Shown: positions 29,492-40,587 of the stretch, one piece after another
How positions within the stretch are numbered: the first letter of the stretch is position 1
Layout: the number at the start of each line of letters is the position of its first letter
Virus record (IMG/VR): IMGVR_UViG_3300008469_000001
Span: 1 to 64,000 of that record
Source of the DNA: a virus
Strand: one strand, 5' to 3'
DNA length: 64,000 bases
Notes under the pieces: model-generated
Database searches by the model: none
What the model was told of the DNA's origin: nothing
The model's input: only the letters and a program-made list of their open reading frames with translations
Position numbers and translations under genes: made by a program

Positions 29492-32400
29492 TTATTTAAT
29501 TAGTTTTTTTAACTCATCAATTTGTTTTTGTTGATCTTTAACTACTTCAACTAACATAGATGTTAGTTTAGAGTAATTCATACCTTCAACTGTTCCATCT
29601 TCTGACTTTTCAACCAATTCTGGAATAACTTTATCAACTTCTTCAGCAATAAAACCTATATCAGATTTTCCACTTTTTTTCCAATCATAAGTAACACCTT
29701 GTAATTGTGATACTTTTTCAAATGCATTTTCAATTGGTTTAACATTTTCTTTAAATCTTATTGAAGATGTTTCAACAATAGATGTTGCACTCATTGTTCC
29801 ATTTATAGTTACATCACCTGTAACAGTTCCACCAGATAAAGGTAAATAATCTAAGTTGTCAACACCTAAAGCAGTTTGTACTTGAGAAATCGTACTAGGT
29901 CTAATATAATTATCATCATCCGTATTAACTTGTGTCATAATATAACCGATTGAAGAATTAGTAGTATCATATTCACTTCTAAATAATCTAGCAGTAATAT
30001 CACTTGATGAATCCCTTATAACCACAGTTGAAGCAGTTGATGCTGTTGCTGAATTATAACCATCTAGTTTATCTGAATCTGCCGCTTTCGATGTTAATCC
30101 AAGTTTATTATCTAATGCTTCTTGTAAACCATCAACATTCGATATTGTATGATTGTGTGAATCATCAGCAACTGTTGCAGTAATAGTTATATTACTACTT
30201 CCATCAAAACTAGCAGAACCCGATAGATCCCCACCAAATGCTATAGTTCTAGCAGTTGTTAATGTATCTGCTTCTGGGTGATAATGATCAGCATAAATTC
30301 TTTGGTCGTATTTCCCAACACCATCCCAATTTGTTGTACTATCTCTTGAAATTCTATAATAAAGAGCATCTCCATCATATTCTGCATTCAACTGAATATT
30401 TGATGTAGAACCACTACCAGTTAAATTTACCATCATTCCACTATATCCTGAATAACTTACAGAATAAATACCTTGTGCTCCAACTGTATCTTCATCACCT
30501 GCATCAATATTTCCTCTGTAGTGTAAAAATTTATTATCTGATGCTGTTTGGTGATTAGATAAATTTGTTTCGATAGCACTAGATCTCGCATCATTACTTG
30601 ATACATATCCAGCAAATGATTCATCATTAGTTGTATCAACAGAATTAATTAAAGTAACAATTTCAGCAAATGAATCTTTATCTGCATCAGATGATGAAAG
30701 TATTGCATCGATTCTTGATTTTTCATTATCAATATTTGTTTGTAAAGTGTTATCTGCTGCAATTCTTGCACTTTCTTCTGAATCAATATTTGTTTGTAAT
30801 GTATTCTCACTATCTTTTGCTCTTGTGATTTCATTTGAAAGATTTGTTGTTAGTGTACTTTCACTAGATTTTGCTCTTGTGATTTCATCATTTAAATTAG
30901 TTGTTAATGTATTATCTGCTGCAATTCTTGCACTTTCTTCTGAATCAATATTTGTTTGTAATGTACTCTCACTATCTTTTGCTCTTGTGATTTCATCAGT
31001 AACTGATGATTCAATTGTAGAACTTCTAACATCATTACTAGAAACATATCCTGCAAATGATTCATCATTAGTTGTATCAACAGAATTAATTAAAGTAACA
31101 ATTTCCGCAAATGAATCTTTATCTGCATCAGATGATGAAAGTATTGCATCGATTCTTGATTTTTCATTATCAATATTTGTTTGTAATGTACTCTCACTAT
31201 CTTTTGCTCTTGTGATTTCATCATTTAAATTAGTTGTTAATGTATTATCTGCTGCAATTCTTGCACTTTCTTCACTATCAATATTTGTTTGTAATGTACT
31301 CTCACTATCTTTTGCTCTTGTGATTTCATTTGAAAGATTAGTTGTTAGTGTATTATCTGTTGCAATTCTTGCACTTTCTTCACTATCAATATTTGATTGT
31401 AAATCATTATCTGCATTTGTTCTTGCTGTAATTTCATTATTTAAATTAGTAGTTAAAGTATTATCTGCTGCAATTCTTGCACTTTCTTCTGAATCAATAT
31501 TTGATTGTAAAGTAGTTTCAGATGTTTCTGCTCTTGATTTCTCAGTATCTACATCAGTATGTACTTCATTAATTGCATTAACTAAATTTGATTGTGTATC
31601 AGTATCTAATGCAATAAGTTGTCCTTCTACATCTTTAGCTCTATCTATTTCAGCAGTTAAATTTGATGTAATAGTTATATTTGCATTTGTTCTAGCAGTA
31701 ATTTCATCATTTAATTTTGTTGTAGCACTATTACTTAAATCTGTAATAGCATTATTTAAATCACTATCAGCATTTTCAAAAGCAGTGGTTACATTTTGAA
31801 TTGCTGCTAGTCTTTCAGCATCACTAGACATTGCTGACGAAATAGAATCAAGTTGTGTTTGTAATCCATTTTCAATATCAGTTGCTCTTGTTATTTCTGA
31901 AGCTAAATCACTTGTAATTTCATTCTCTTTTGATTGTGCTCTTGATTTCTCAGTTGTTAAAGCTGTATTAATTGTATTTTCTGCAGATGTTGCTCTTGAA
32001 ATCTCTGAATCAATTGAATTTTCTAAACTATTTTCTTTAGATGTAGCTCTACTAGTTTCACTAACAATACTAGAACTTAAATCATTCTCTGATTGAGTGG
32101 CTCTTGTTATCTCATTAGATATTGTTGTTGTAATACCACTTTCAGATGTTGTTGTATTTGATACTACTTTGTTTATAGCAGAAACTAAAGATGTTGGTAA
32201 GTTACCATCATTATCTTGTAACTTATTTGATAACCCTGTTAATAATCCTTCTGTTGAAATTGCTCTTGAAATCTCATTGGTTATGGTTGTTTCGATTTGT
32301 TCTTCTTTACTTGTAGCTCTAGTTACTTCATCATTAATTAAAGTTTCTGAATCTGTATTCATTTCTATTATTTTATTATCCAATGTATCCATAGTTACAA

Positions 32401-35400
32401 TTGTATCTTGAATAATATTACCTTCACCATCAATATATGGAATTTTAACAGATGAATTAACACCTAATTCTTGCCATGTTAAAATTGGTTGAATACCAGA
32501 TGTTCCTCTATCAACACTAATAATACCATCTAAATATGGTGTATCAGTTGTTCCATCATTTAATATAATTTCATTATTTTCTACTGCAAGTGTTACAACA
32601 TTAGTTACATTTTGATCACCAATAATATTTAAATCACCTTCTATTGTAACATTTGTAGCAAAACTAACTTCACCAGTTACACTTTGAGGTGTTGTTTGAC
32701 CTTTACTCAATGAATCATCTGAAACTGTTTGTACTAAAGTATTATGTGCTGTTTCTAAATCAGTAATTGTTGCAGCTAATTCAGTTTCTACACCATCTAA
32801 CTTTGTATCCACAGTTGATTTATCATAAATATTATCTGCTGTTATATTTGTTACATTAATTTCTGATGCATTCAACGAACCATTTAATGCTAAACCAGAC
32901 TCACTAATAATTGTATTTTCACCAAGGTAAATTGTATTTGAACTTACATAAACTTCACCAATTTTCTTATCTGGTGATCCAATATTTAATATACTGTCTG
33001 TTTCAGGAACTAAATTACCTTTAAATACAATATCATCACCAGATTTAACAAACATACTATCAATTGTAGTTGATGTAGATGTTGCATTGGTATCAATCTC
33101 AGACTTTAATGAATTAATAGCTTTAGTTAAATCAGTTTTATCATTTGTTGATAAAGTTGAAATATCACCTTCGACTGTCGTTGCTCTTGTAATTTCATTT
33201 GTTAAACCATCTGTTAATGTGGTTTCAGCAGAAGTTGCTCTATCTATTTCATTATCCAAATCTATTCCAATTTGATTATCAAAATCTACTGCTCTACTAA
33301 TCTCATCATTTAATGATGATGTTAATGTGGTTTCAGAATTTGTTGCTCTTGATACTTCACTATTTACTGCAGATACAATGTTTGTAGTTACAGATGTACT
33401 TAAATTTGCTAAATCCCCTTCAACAGATTTTGCTCTGGAGATTTCATTATCCAAATCAGTTGTTAAAGTATCAGTTGTTGTATCATTTTCTAATGTTGAA
33501 ACTCTTAAATCCAATGATGAATTAAGTGTTGAAATTTCACCATCTACATAGTTTTGTGTTGCAACTGTTTTATTAACAAATTGTGATGTACCTAAATCCC
33601 ATTCAGAAATTTGAATATTAGATTGATTACCATTCTCATACCATTTAATAACAGTTTGTTCACCTTCATCACCTCTTCTAATTAAAATAGAACCATCTTG
33701 TGTTGGTGCTCCAGTAGTAACATTAGAGTTTAATATAAGTTTATTATCATCAACATCAATAGATGTTGCGTTTACAGTAGTAGTAGTTCCTTCAACGGTT
33801 AAATCTTTTTTAATAACAACACTTTCATTGATTGTTAAATCCGAGTTTAATTCTTGTTCATTTGTTGTTTTATTACTAATATAATCATCAAATTTAGTAT
33901 TCAATGTAGATTCTACATTTGTTGCTCTTGTTGTTTCAGTATCAATATTGTTTTGCAGTGTTGTATCAGCATCTGTTCTATCAGTTTTTTCTGTTGTAAT
34001 AAGACCTTGTAAATTTGTATCACCTGAAATTCTTGCATCTATCTCATTATCAATATTACCTTGTAATGATGTGTCTGCAGATGTTCTATTTGTAGTTTCA
34101 CTTGATAAATCAGTTGATATATTTGTTTCACTTAATTTAGCTCTAGATATTTCTTCATTAACTGCATTAACTAAATTTGTTTTATCATCTGTTGTCAAAT
34201 TTGTTAAATCACCTTCAACTGTTTTAGCTCTTGTAGTTTCATCAGTAATTGATGATTGTAAATCTAATTCAATTGATTCGGCTCTTGCTTTTTCTGTATT
34301 GATTGATGATTGTAGTGTTGCATCAGAATTTGTTCTTGCATCACTTTCATCTGAAAGTTGTGTTGTTAATGTATTAACATCTGTTTCTCTTTCAGAAATT
34401 TCAGTATTTAAATCAGTTCTTATGGTATCTTCAACATTTGTTGCTCTTGTTGTTTCAGTATCAATATTTGATTGAATAGTGTTATCTGATGATATTCTTG
34501 CAGATTTCTCATTATCAATTTGTGTTTGTAAATCATCAATACTATCATTAGATGTGTTTTGTAAATCAGTAATATCGTTAGCTAATATAGTTTCTTGACT
34601 TATTGCTCTTACTTTTTCTTTATTAATTTCATCTAATGTAAAAATCTTTCCAGATACTTCATCTTGTAAGAATGAACCATTTTGTTGTTTAACTGGAATT
34701 GTAACTTTATCATTTGTTTCGTCAAAAGTAACTAATGCTAAAACACCTTCATCTCCTCTATCAATCTCTAATCCAGCGTCATCTGTTGGTATACCTGAAA
34801 ACCCTTTATTAATAGTGATTATATTGTCTTCAACTGTTAATGTTGTAGTTTGAATATCTACATTCTCACCTTTGATTGTTACATTACCATCAATGTTAGT
34901 ATTTCCATCTATTTGTAAATCACCGTGAATAGTTTGATTACCACCAACTGTTACATCACTATCAATTGAAACTGTTCCATTAATAGTTGTATTATTAGGA
35001 ATATTTGTTACATCATTAGTTTCATCCCATTGAACTATAGTTGTTTTAGTTTCATCACCTCTTTCAACTTCAATCCCTGCATTTTGTGTTGGAGTTCCAA
35101 CAGCATTAGCATTTAATGTTACAATATTATCATCAAGTTTGATTTCTTCTGTTTGAATTGTTGTGGTTGTTCCTTTAACAGTTAAATCACCATTAATAGT
35201 TTGATTACCACCAACTGATAAATTACCTGTTATAGTTTCATTAGCATCAACTGTTACATCATTATTTAATGTAGTTATACCATCAACAACTAAATTGGTA
35301 TCAACATTTAAGTTACCTTTAATTTCTGCATCAAAATCAGCAATAAATTTATTAACAATTGTTACAGTTCCTTGAACTGATAAATTACCACCAATATCAA

Positions 35401-36013
35401 CACTTCCACCTAATGTTTGATCACCAGTGAATGTTGTTGCACCTTCTACATTAAAACTACCTTTAACATCTAAATCTTTTCTTAATGTAGTGTTACCATT
35501 CTTCAGTATTTCAACATAGTTAGTATCAACCTCTATGAAATAATCATTAGGGTTATTTTCATCTTCTGTTACAGCAAAGTTTCTATCGGCAACAATAAAT
35601 CTTCTATCAACCCAGTCAAATGCTTTATTAATAACTATGTAACATTGTCCCGATACTGCTTCTTCAAAAACTATTTCAATTTGATTCTCATCAACATCAA
35701 CAGTAAAATTTTTTACATATATCTTATCATTTTGATCATATATTATAATTTGTATGTTATCAGTTTGAAAATCAATTGGAATTGACCAAATTTCTGAGGC
35801 ATCAACTTTTTCATATGTAAAAATCTCTTTTCTATCTGTTAATGGAAACCATCTACCATGATTACTACTATCTAAATCAGCATAAATGAAAAGAATTCCA
35901 TCAACAACATACAATTCTCCATGTCTTGCATATCTTGGTAATTCTTTATCACTAAATGCTGCAGTTATTCTATTGTCCGTCACAATAGATTGAATCATCA
36001 ATTTTTCAGCCAT
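29492..36013 (-). CDS. Giant tail fibre with C-terminal intramolecular chaperone (peptidase S74)
   Basis: 2173 aa; E..RA...E..L coiled-coil repeats, GDLTV.GTTT beta modules, HNH; C-terminus SSIRFKENV...GFIAEEV..VIPELV...Y. Confidence 0.9.
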   Translation of the reverse strand: MAEKLMIQSIVTDNRITAAFSDKELPRYARHGELYVVDGILFIYADLDSSNHGRWFPLTDRKEIFTYEKVDASEIWSIPIDFQTDNIQIIIYDQNDKIYVKNFTVDVDENQIEIVFEEAVSGQCYIVINKAFDWVDRRFIVADRNFAVTEDENNPNDYFIEVDTNYVEILKNGNTTLRKDLDVKGSFNVEGATTFTGDQTLGGSVDIGGNLSVQGTVTIVNKFIADFDAEIKGNLNVDTNLVVDGITTLNNDVTVDANETITGNLSVGGNQTINGDLTVKGTTTTIQTEEIKLDDNIVTLNANAVGTPTQNAGIEVERGDETKTTIVQWDETNDVTNIPNNTTINGTVSIDSDVTVGGNQTIHGDLQIDGNTNIDGNVTIKGENVDIQTTTLTVEDNIITINKGFSGIPTDDAGLEIDRGDEGVLALVTFDETNDKVTIPVKQQNGSFLQDEVSGKIFTLDEINKEKVRAISQETILANDITDLQNTSNDSIDDLQTQIDNEKSARISSDNTIQSNIDTETTRATNVEDTIRTDLNTEISERETDVNTLTTQLSDESDARTNSDATLQSSINTEKARAESIELDLQSSITDETTRAKTVEGDLTNLTTDDKTNLVNAVNEEISRAKLSETNISTDLSSETTNRTSADTSLQGNIDNEIDARISGDTNLQGLITTEKTDRTDADTTLQNNIDTETTRATNVESTLNTKFDDYISNKTTNEQELNSDLTINESVVIKKDLTVEGTTTTVNATSIDVDDNKLILNSNVTTGAPTQDGSILIRRGDEGEQTVIKWYENGNQSNIQISEWDLGTSQFVNKTVATQNYVDGEISTLNSSLDLRVSTLENDTTTDTLTTDLDNEISRAKSVEGDLANLSTSVTTNIVSAVNSEVSRATNSETTLTSSLNDEISRAVDFDNQIGIDLDNEIDRATSAETTLTDGLTNEITRATTVEGDISTLSTNDKTDLTKAINSLKSEIDTNATSTSTTIDSMFVKSGDDIVFKGNLVPETDSILNIGSPDKKIGEVYVSSNTIYLGENTIISESGLALNGSLNASEINVTNITADNIYDKSTVDTKLDGVETELAATITDLETAHNTLVQTVSDDSLSKGQTTPQSVTGEVSFATNVTIEGDLNIIGDQNVTNVVTLAVENNEIILNDGTTDTPYLDGIISVDRGTSGIQPILTWQELGVNSSVKIPYIDGEGNIIQDTIVTMDTLDNKIIEMNTDSETLINDEVTRATSKEEQIETTITNEISRAISTEGLLTGLSNKLQDNDGNLPTSLVSAINKVVSNTTTSESGITTTISNEITRATQSENDLSSSIVSETSRATSKENSLENSIDSEISRATSAENTINTALTTEKSRAQSKENEITSDLASEITRATDIENGLQTQLDSISSAMSSDAERLAAIQNVTTAFENADSDLNNAITDLSNSATTKLNDEITARTNANITITSNLTAEIDRAKDVEGQLIALDTDTQSNLVNAINEVHTDVDTEKSRAETSETTLQSNIDSEESARIAADNTLTTNLNNEITARTNADNDLQSNIDSEESARIATDNTLTTNLSNEITRAKDSESTLQTNIDSEESARIAADNTLTTNLNDEITRAKDSESTLQTNIDNEKSRIDAILSSSDADKDSFAEIVTLINSVDTTNDESFAGYVSSNDVRSSTIESSVTDEITRAKDSESTLQTNIDSEESARIAADNTLTTNLNDEITRAKSSESTLTTNLSNEITRAKDSENTLQTNIDSEESARIAADNTLQTNIDNEKSRIDAILSSSDADKDSFAEIVTLINSVDTTNDESFAGYVSSNDARSSAIETNLSNHQTASDNKFLHYRGNIDAGDEDTVGAQGIYSVSYSGYSGMMVNLTGSGSTSNIQLNAEYDGDALYYRISRDSTTNWDGVGKYDQRIYADHYHPEADTLTTARTIAFGGDLSGSASFDGSSNITITATVADDSHNHTISNVDGLQEALDNKLGLTSKAADSDKLDGYNSATASTASTVVIRDSSSDITARLFRSEYDTTNSSIGYIMTQVNTDDDNYIRPSTISQVQTALGVDNLDYLPLSGGTVTGDVTINGTMSATSIVETSSIRFKENVKPIENAFEKVSQLQGVTYDWKKSGKSDIGFIAEEVDKVIPELVEKSEDGTVEGMNYSKLTSMLVEVVKDQQKQIDELKKLIK
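30591..31510. repeat. Near-identical internal duplications within the fibre gene
   Basis: ~155 bp block at 30591 and 31032, plus several 54/108 bp units encoding LQTNIDSEESARIAADNT and LTTNLxxEITRAKDSEST. Confidence 0.9.
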
Positions 36014-36032
36014 TTTCTTTATCCCCTTTTAA

Positions 36033-36677
36033 TTATTTAACTTCTAATACTTTAAAGATTTGTTTGATTTCATCAATTAATCCATTCATATTATCACTTT
36101 TAGTCATTTGACTTTTAACCATTGTTTCAATTAAAGTATCAATCGATTTCCAATACTTTGTCTTGTTTAATGATTTACCAGTAATCTCATCTTTACTATC
36201 AGCAAATGATTTCTTAACATCTTTAGTAATCAATTTAATAATTTCATTTAAAGTTTCTGTTTTCATTGATACCATTGGGTGTACAAACATTGTTTGTCCA
36301 CCATCTTCAAAATCAATAATTGTTGAACTAGTAGTATGTTGAATTTCAGTCATACCAACCATTTCTTCTATTGTTTTATCAACATCTTCAAAATCTTCAT
36401 CATCTGTTTCATCTGTTGGTTCTGATGTTTCACTATCAGTTGTTTCATCTGTTTCTTCCTCAACACCAGCATCATCATTTGCTTCTTCTGCTCCCTCTAC
36501 AGGTGCTTCATCTGCACCAGAATCTTCTGATGGTGTATCATCTTCCAAAGATGCCTCTGGGTCATCAGGTTTTTTAGCAGGTGTTTCAGCAGGTGTTTCA
36601 GCAGGTGCTTCTTCATCTGCTTCTAACAGTTTTTTATTCAAAACTGTTTCTTCAAGAATTTTATTTAATCTAGACAT
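36033..36677 (-). CDS. Acidic hypothetical protein (possible head protein)
   Basis: Likely start MSRLNKILEE with GGAG RBS; D/E/P-rich linker. Confidence 0.65.
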   Translation of the reverse strand: MSRLNKILEETVLNKKLLEADEEAPAETPAETPAKKPDDPEASLEDDTPSEDSGADEAPVEGAEEANDDAGVEEETDETTDSETSEPTDETDDEDFEDVDKTIEEMVGMTEIQHTTSSTIIDFEDGGQTMFVHPMVSMKTETLNEIIKLITKDVKKSFADSKDEITGKSLNKTKYWKSIDTLIETMVKSQMTKSDNMNGLIDEIKQIFKVLEVK

Positions 36678-36797
36678 ATTAAACTCCAATTAACACATTT
36701 TTTCTTTATTTATTACAACAAACTATATTTTTTTATTAAAAAGGTATTTGACTAAAATTGTATAATAGATAATAAATAAAGAAAAAACGAGGTTTAT

Positions 36798-37508
36798 ATG
36801 AAAATTAATAAAATTATAGCTGTTGAGGGTCTTGATAAAACTGGAAAATCAACTTTTTGTGATAAATTTGATGTTATTTTCTCAAGTATGCAGGGTATAA
36901 ACTCTCAAGAACTAATGAGATACTCTTTTCCTAATGTTGAATCACCAATTGGTAAAAGAATAAGAGATGAGTTAAATTCATCATCACCAAATTTAGATAT
37001 TGTAAATACACCAAATTTCTTATCTGAAATGAGTCATTTTTGGATGGAAGAATTATTCAATAATACTAAATCAATTAAAGATAATGCAAACAGTAAAGAA
37101 CATCATATTGTTAATACAAATATTATATTCAATAAAAATTATATTTTTGATAGATATTTTATTTCTACATTAGCATATCAAGCATTTCTTAATAATAGTA
37201 GAACAGACTTAGAATTTATAAAAACAGCTTTAAGAAATAATTCTTTTCTTAAATTACCAACTGATATTATTCTATTAGATATACCAAATGATATTATAAT
37301 TGAAAGAACATTAGCTGATCATGCTTCAGGTTCAAATGACCACAATGATACAATTGATGTGGATTTAATCAATAAAAGAAGAGATGCTTTTGTACAAGCT
37401 GTTAAATTCTTTGAAGGTTCTGGGGTTAATGTTCATTGGTTTGAAGATGTTAGTAAATACACAACAGATGATTTAGTTAAAATTTTAATGGGGAAAATAT
37501 TTGGTTAA
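36798..37508 (+). CDS. tmk: Thymidylate (dNMP) kinase
   Basis: EGLDKTGKST, FP...IG..IR, DRYFISTLAYQ; TTGTATAAT at 36758. Confidence 0.85.
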   Translation: MKINKIIAVEGLDKTGKSTFCDKFDVIFSSMQGINSQELMRYSFPNVESPIGKRIRDELNSSSPNLDIVNTPNFLSEMSHFWMEELFNNTKSIKDNANSKEHHIVNTNIIFNKNYIFDRYFISTLAYQAFLNNSRTDLEFIKTALRNNSFLKLPTDIILLDIPNDIIIERTLADHASGSNDHNDTIDVDLINKRRDAFVQAVKFFEGSGVNVHWFEDVSKYTTDDLVKILMGKIFG

Positions 37509-37520
37509 TCCCCATTAATG

Positions 37521-37718
37521 TTACATTACTTTCAATACTTCAATCACGGTAGTTTTTCCACCAAGTTTCTTAGCAATATTTTGTAATTGTCCATATAATG
37601 ACATATCTTTTTCAGATGCTTCTCCACTTTGACACTTTGAAAGCCATGCTTTAGCATCTTTGCTTGTAGTTTTACCTTTAAATCCTGGCGCACTTTCTTT
37701 TAAGTCTTCTAATCTCAT
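37521..37718 (-). CDS. Small hypothetical protein
   Basis: 65 aa, AAGGA RBS, N-terminus MRLEDLKES. Confidence 0.6.
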   Translation of the reverse strand: MRLEDLKESAPGFKGKTTSKDAKAWLSKCQSGEASEKDMSLYGQLQNIAKKLGGKTTVIEVLKVM

Positions 37719-37740
37719 ATTATATATCCTTTATTTTTAT

Positions 37741-40578
37741 TTATTTATCCAAATATTTTGTTTTCATTAATTCATCAAGTTCTGGTAAATTTTCAGATAA
37801 CCATTTTGATTCAGCTTCTATACTATCTATAAACAAATGAGTTTTCTTAATATCATTCATAAACATATCAAATTGATAAGCATAATTTATATAATCACCC
37901 ATTGTTTTTGGAAGAACCTTTCTAAACAAATTCATATCATCAAGTCTTTCATCACCATTAATATTCATAAAATATTGATCTAAAAACTTACCCATTACTA
38001 TTTTATCAATATCTAATCCTTTTTTCATATACAACATTCTTTTACTTTCTTCATTCATATCAGGAACATAGTAAATTATGAAATCTCTTTCCTTAACCAT
38101 AATATATTTTATAGATTCAACAAACAATCTCATAAATATCAGTCTGTCATCTAACTCTTGTAAATCATAACCTAAAGCTTTAATTTCTTTCTGTTTTCTT
38201 TCATCATCCAAAATATCAAACCCATTACTTACTAAACCTTTTCCATACAAAATAATATAATCTTTCAGTCCTTGCATATTTGTTTTTTCAGTTAAATAAA
38301 ATAAAACTTTAAGCGAATCTATAATTTTCTTAACTCTATCTTCACTTACTTTATCAGGATCAAATCTCTTATACCATATACCATATTTTATTTCATAATC
38401 AAATTCTTCAGGATTATCAACAACTGAACCTAATATTTTTAAATCGGTTTGATTAATAAAACCATCTTTATTAACATCATATATTGGTTTACCATTATTA
38501 TCAAATGATATTGCTTGAGATAAATCAGGTACATCATTAACTTGTCCAATAGCCATATCAGTTGGACTAACTCCATCTGGTGGACTTATAATATCTATAT
38601 TATCAACAATACCATCTATAACATTTTTTAAACTACCATAATCACTTAACATGGTTTCAAATGAGCCTCTATATCTTTTTTCATAAATATCTTTATTTTT
38701 ATTTTTATTATATGATTCTAATAAACTTATATTTTCTTTTTTTGATAATCTATCAACCTGTTTACCAAGAAGAGTTGAAATAATGTAATTATCAATATTT
38801 AAAAATCTATCATTCAGAAATTCATATCCTGAATACAAGCTACCTAAATCATCTATATCTATAATGTCAAGCAATGAATAAGTTTCATCTCCTAATAATA
38901 AATCAAGATCACTTAATTTTGGTAACTCATCTTCATCAACTAATAGAACACCTATTGGTTTGAATTTTGGTGAATTGCTATCAGAAACCATAATAGCCAA
39001 TGGTACACCAACATTTATTTCAATAGGAATATCTATACTGTCATCTAGATTCTTTTTTATATTTGGATAACTATTTTTATCAGTAGTTAAGTTTAAAGTT
39101 ATATTTGATATACTTGAAAATACTCTTAATGTTGTTTGTATTTTATCTCCCACATATTCACTAAATGAATCAAGATATGTTATATTAGAACCATCATCAG
39201 ATACACTTTTATTATTAATAATTTTGAATTCTTCTGGAAACGATTCAAATGGTATCTTGTTCAAACTAAAAGTATAAACCCTTAATTTTTTATTAACAAA
39301 CTTAGATTTAATAAGTTTATCTTTATTCAGTTTTATATTTTCAACTGCAGCTAAATATGATTTCAATCTATCCAATTTATCATCAATATCAATTCTAGTC
39401 GAACCAAACATATTAAGTTTATCAGAATTACTAAAGTTTATATCAGTTTTATTAAACCCAACACTAACAACATTATGATCTAAAAGTGTCATATAAGTAT
39501 TTAAAGTATCAGTATCATCACTAAGAATTTTTTCATAAATTTTTAGATTATCTCTTTGATTATGTTTTTTAAGTGAATCTATTAACAACTCATTAGTATA
39601 TAAGAAATCAATATCTGCCATATCATCAATCAATAATTCCATCATCTGTAAACCCAATACTCTTTCTTTCCCTTTATATTCGATATTTAAAGGAGTAGTG
39701 TCAATAATTTTTGAGTCTCTAATTCTGGAATTTTCTACTAATAGATTATAAAGGTCAAGTTTTTCTCCATATTCATTAATCAATGGAGATTTTCTTATAA
39801 ATTCATCAATAGAGTTAAGTTTCTCTTCTGTTGGTAATCTTTCTGGTGGTAGGGTATTATAATCTACAATTTCATGTCCAACTGAGAAATCAGTATCATC
39901 TAAATTAGCAGGGGTATCAACACCTTTATAGTCTTTATCCAGCATTTGAAACTCAAATGACATATTTGTTGACCAAATTCTTGGTTGTGTTAATAACCAA
40001 CCATTAAGATTAAATGACATAGTTATCATAGCAGAATATTTCTGTGATTCTGGTTCTGTATCAATTTCAATACTGTCTAAGAAGACTTCACTAGTTGAAA
40101 CAGGACACTTTGGTAATGGTTCTATGGTTACTTGTTGAGGTGAATTGAAATATGGTATTATTTGTTCTGATATTTCAAATGCCTGATAATCAGATGAAGC
40201 CCAACATATTAACTCCATAGTAAATCTTATTGGTGATGGTCTCATAGCCACATAACCAGTACTATATCCTAATGGTCTTAAATCAACGGTAATAGTATCT
40301 AATGGAGCTCTTCTTTTTTCAGGATTTCTTTCTAAAGCTGTCATCCTAAAAGAGAACATTGGTACACTAATATCTTTAATTCTGTTTCTATTTTTTGTTT
40401 CCTCATTATCAACATTCATTTCTAAATGCGAAATAATATCTGATGGTGAGCCATAGTGTATAGGTACACTTTCTAAAATACCTCTTCTATTTTTGTAAGG
40501 AATTTCAGAAAATAAGCTTGCGAAACCAACTAAGTAATTTTTTATTTGTCTACCATCAAAGTAAAAATTATGATTCAT
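37741..40578 (-). CDS. Tail terminator/sheath stabiliser (T4 gp15-like) with ~700 aa C-terminal extension
   Basis: FYFDGRQIKNYLVGFASLFS.I, VPIHYG, P.FSF, EQIIPYFN in the N-terminal ~200 aa. Confidence 0.75.
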   Translation of the reverse strand: MNHNFYFDGRQIKNYLVGFASLFSEIPYKNRRGILESVPIHYGSPSDIISHLEMNVDNEETKNRNRIKDISVPMFSFRMTALERNPEKRRAPLDTITVDLRPLGYSTGYVAMRPSPIRFTMELICWASSDYQAFEISEQIIPYFNSPQQVTIEPLPKCPVSTSEVFLDSIEIDTEPESQKYSAMITMSFNLNGWLLTQPRIWSTNMSFEFQMLDKDYKGVDTPANLDDTDFSVGHEIVDYNTLPPERLPTEEKLNSIDEFIRKSPLINEYGEKLDLYNLLVENSRIRDSKIIDTTPLNIEYKGKERVLGLQMMELLIDDMADIDFLYTNELLIDSLKKHNQRDNLKIYEKILSDDTDTLNTYMTLLDHNVVSVGFNKTDINFSNSDKLNMFGSTRIDIDDKLDRLKSYLAAVENIKLNKDKLIKSKFVNKKLRVYTFSLNKIPFESFPEEFKIINNKSVSDDGSNITYLDSFSEYVGDKIQTTLRVFSSISNITLNLTTDKNSYPNIKKNLDDSIDIPIEINVGVPLAIMVSDSNSPKFKPIGVLLVDEDELPKLSDLDLLLGDETYSLLDIIDIDDLGSLYSGYEFLNDRFLNIDNYIISTLLGKQVDRLSKKENISLLESYNKNKNKDIYEKRYRGSFETMLSDYGSLKNVIDGIVDNIDIISPPDGVSPTDMAIGQVNDVPDLSQAISFDNNGKPIYDVNKDGFINQTDLKILGSVVDNPEEFDYEIKYGIWYKRFDPDKVSEDRVKKIIDSLKVLFYLTEKTNMQGLKDYIILYGKGLVSNGFDILDDERKQKEIKALGYDLQELDDRLIFMRLFVESIKYIMVKERDFIIYYVPDMNEESKRMLYMKKGLDIDKIVMGKFLDQYFMNINGDERLDDMNLFRKVLPKTMGDYINYAYQFDMFMNDIKKTHLFIDSIEAESKWLSENLPELDELMKTKYLDK

Positions 40579-40587
40579 TTATATTCC

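Noticed and set aside
29492-31510. Diversity-generating retroelement TR/VR pair
   Set aside because: Duplications are in-frame within the shaft, differences are not adenine-specific, and no reverse transcriptase is present
30747-34475. Long plus-strand ORFs (e.g. 30747-31799, 33948-34475) and similar antisense ORFs over the AAA, dnaK and tape measure genes
   Set aside because: Antisense shadows of strongly supported genes; S/L/V-rich composition and no RBS
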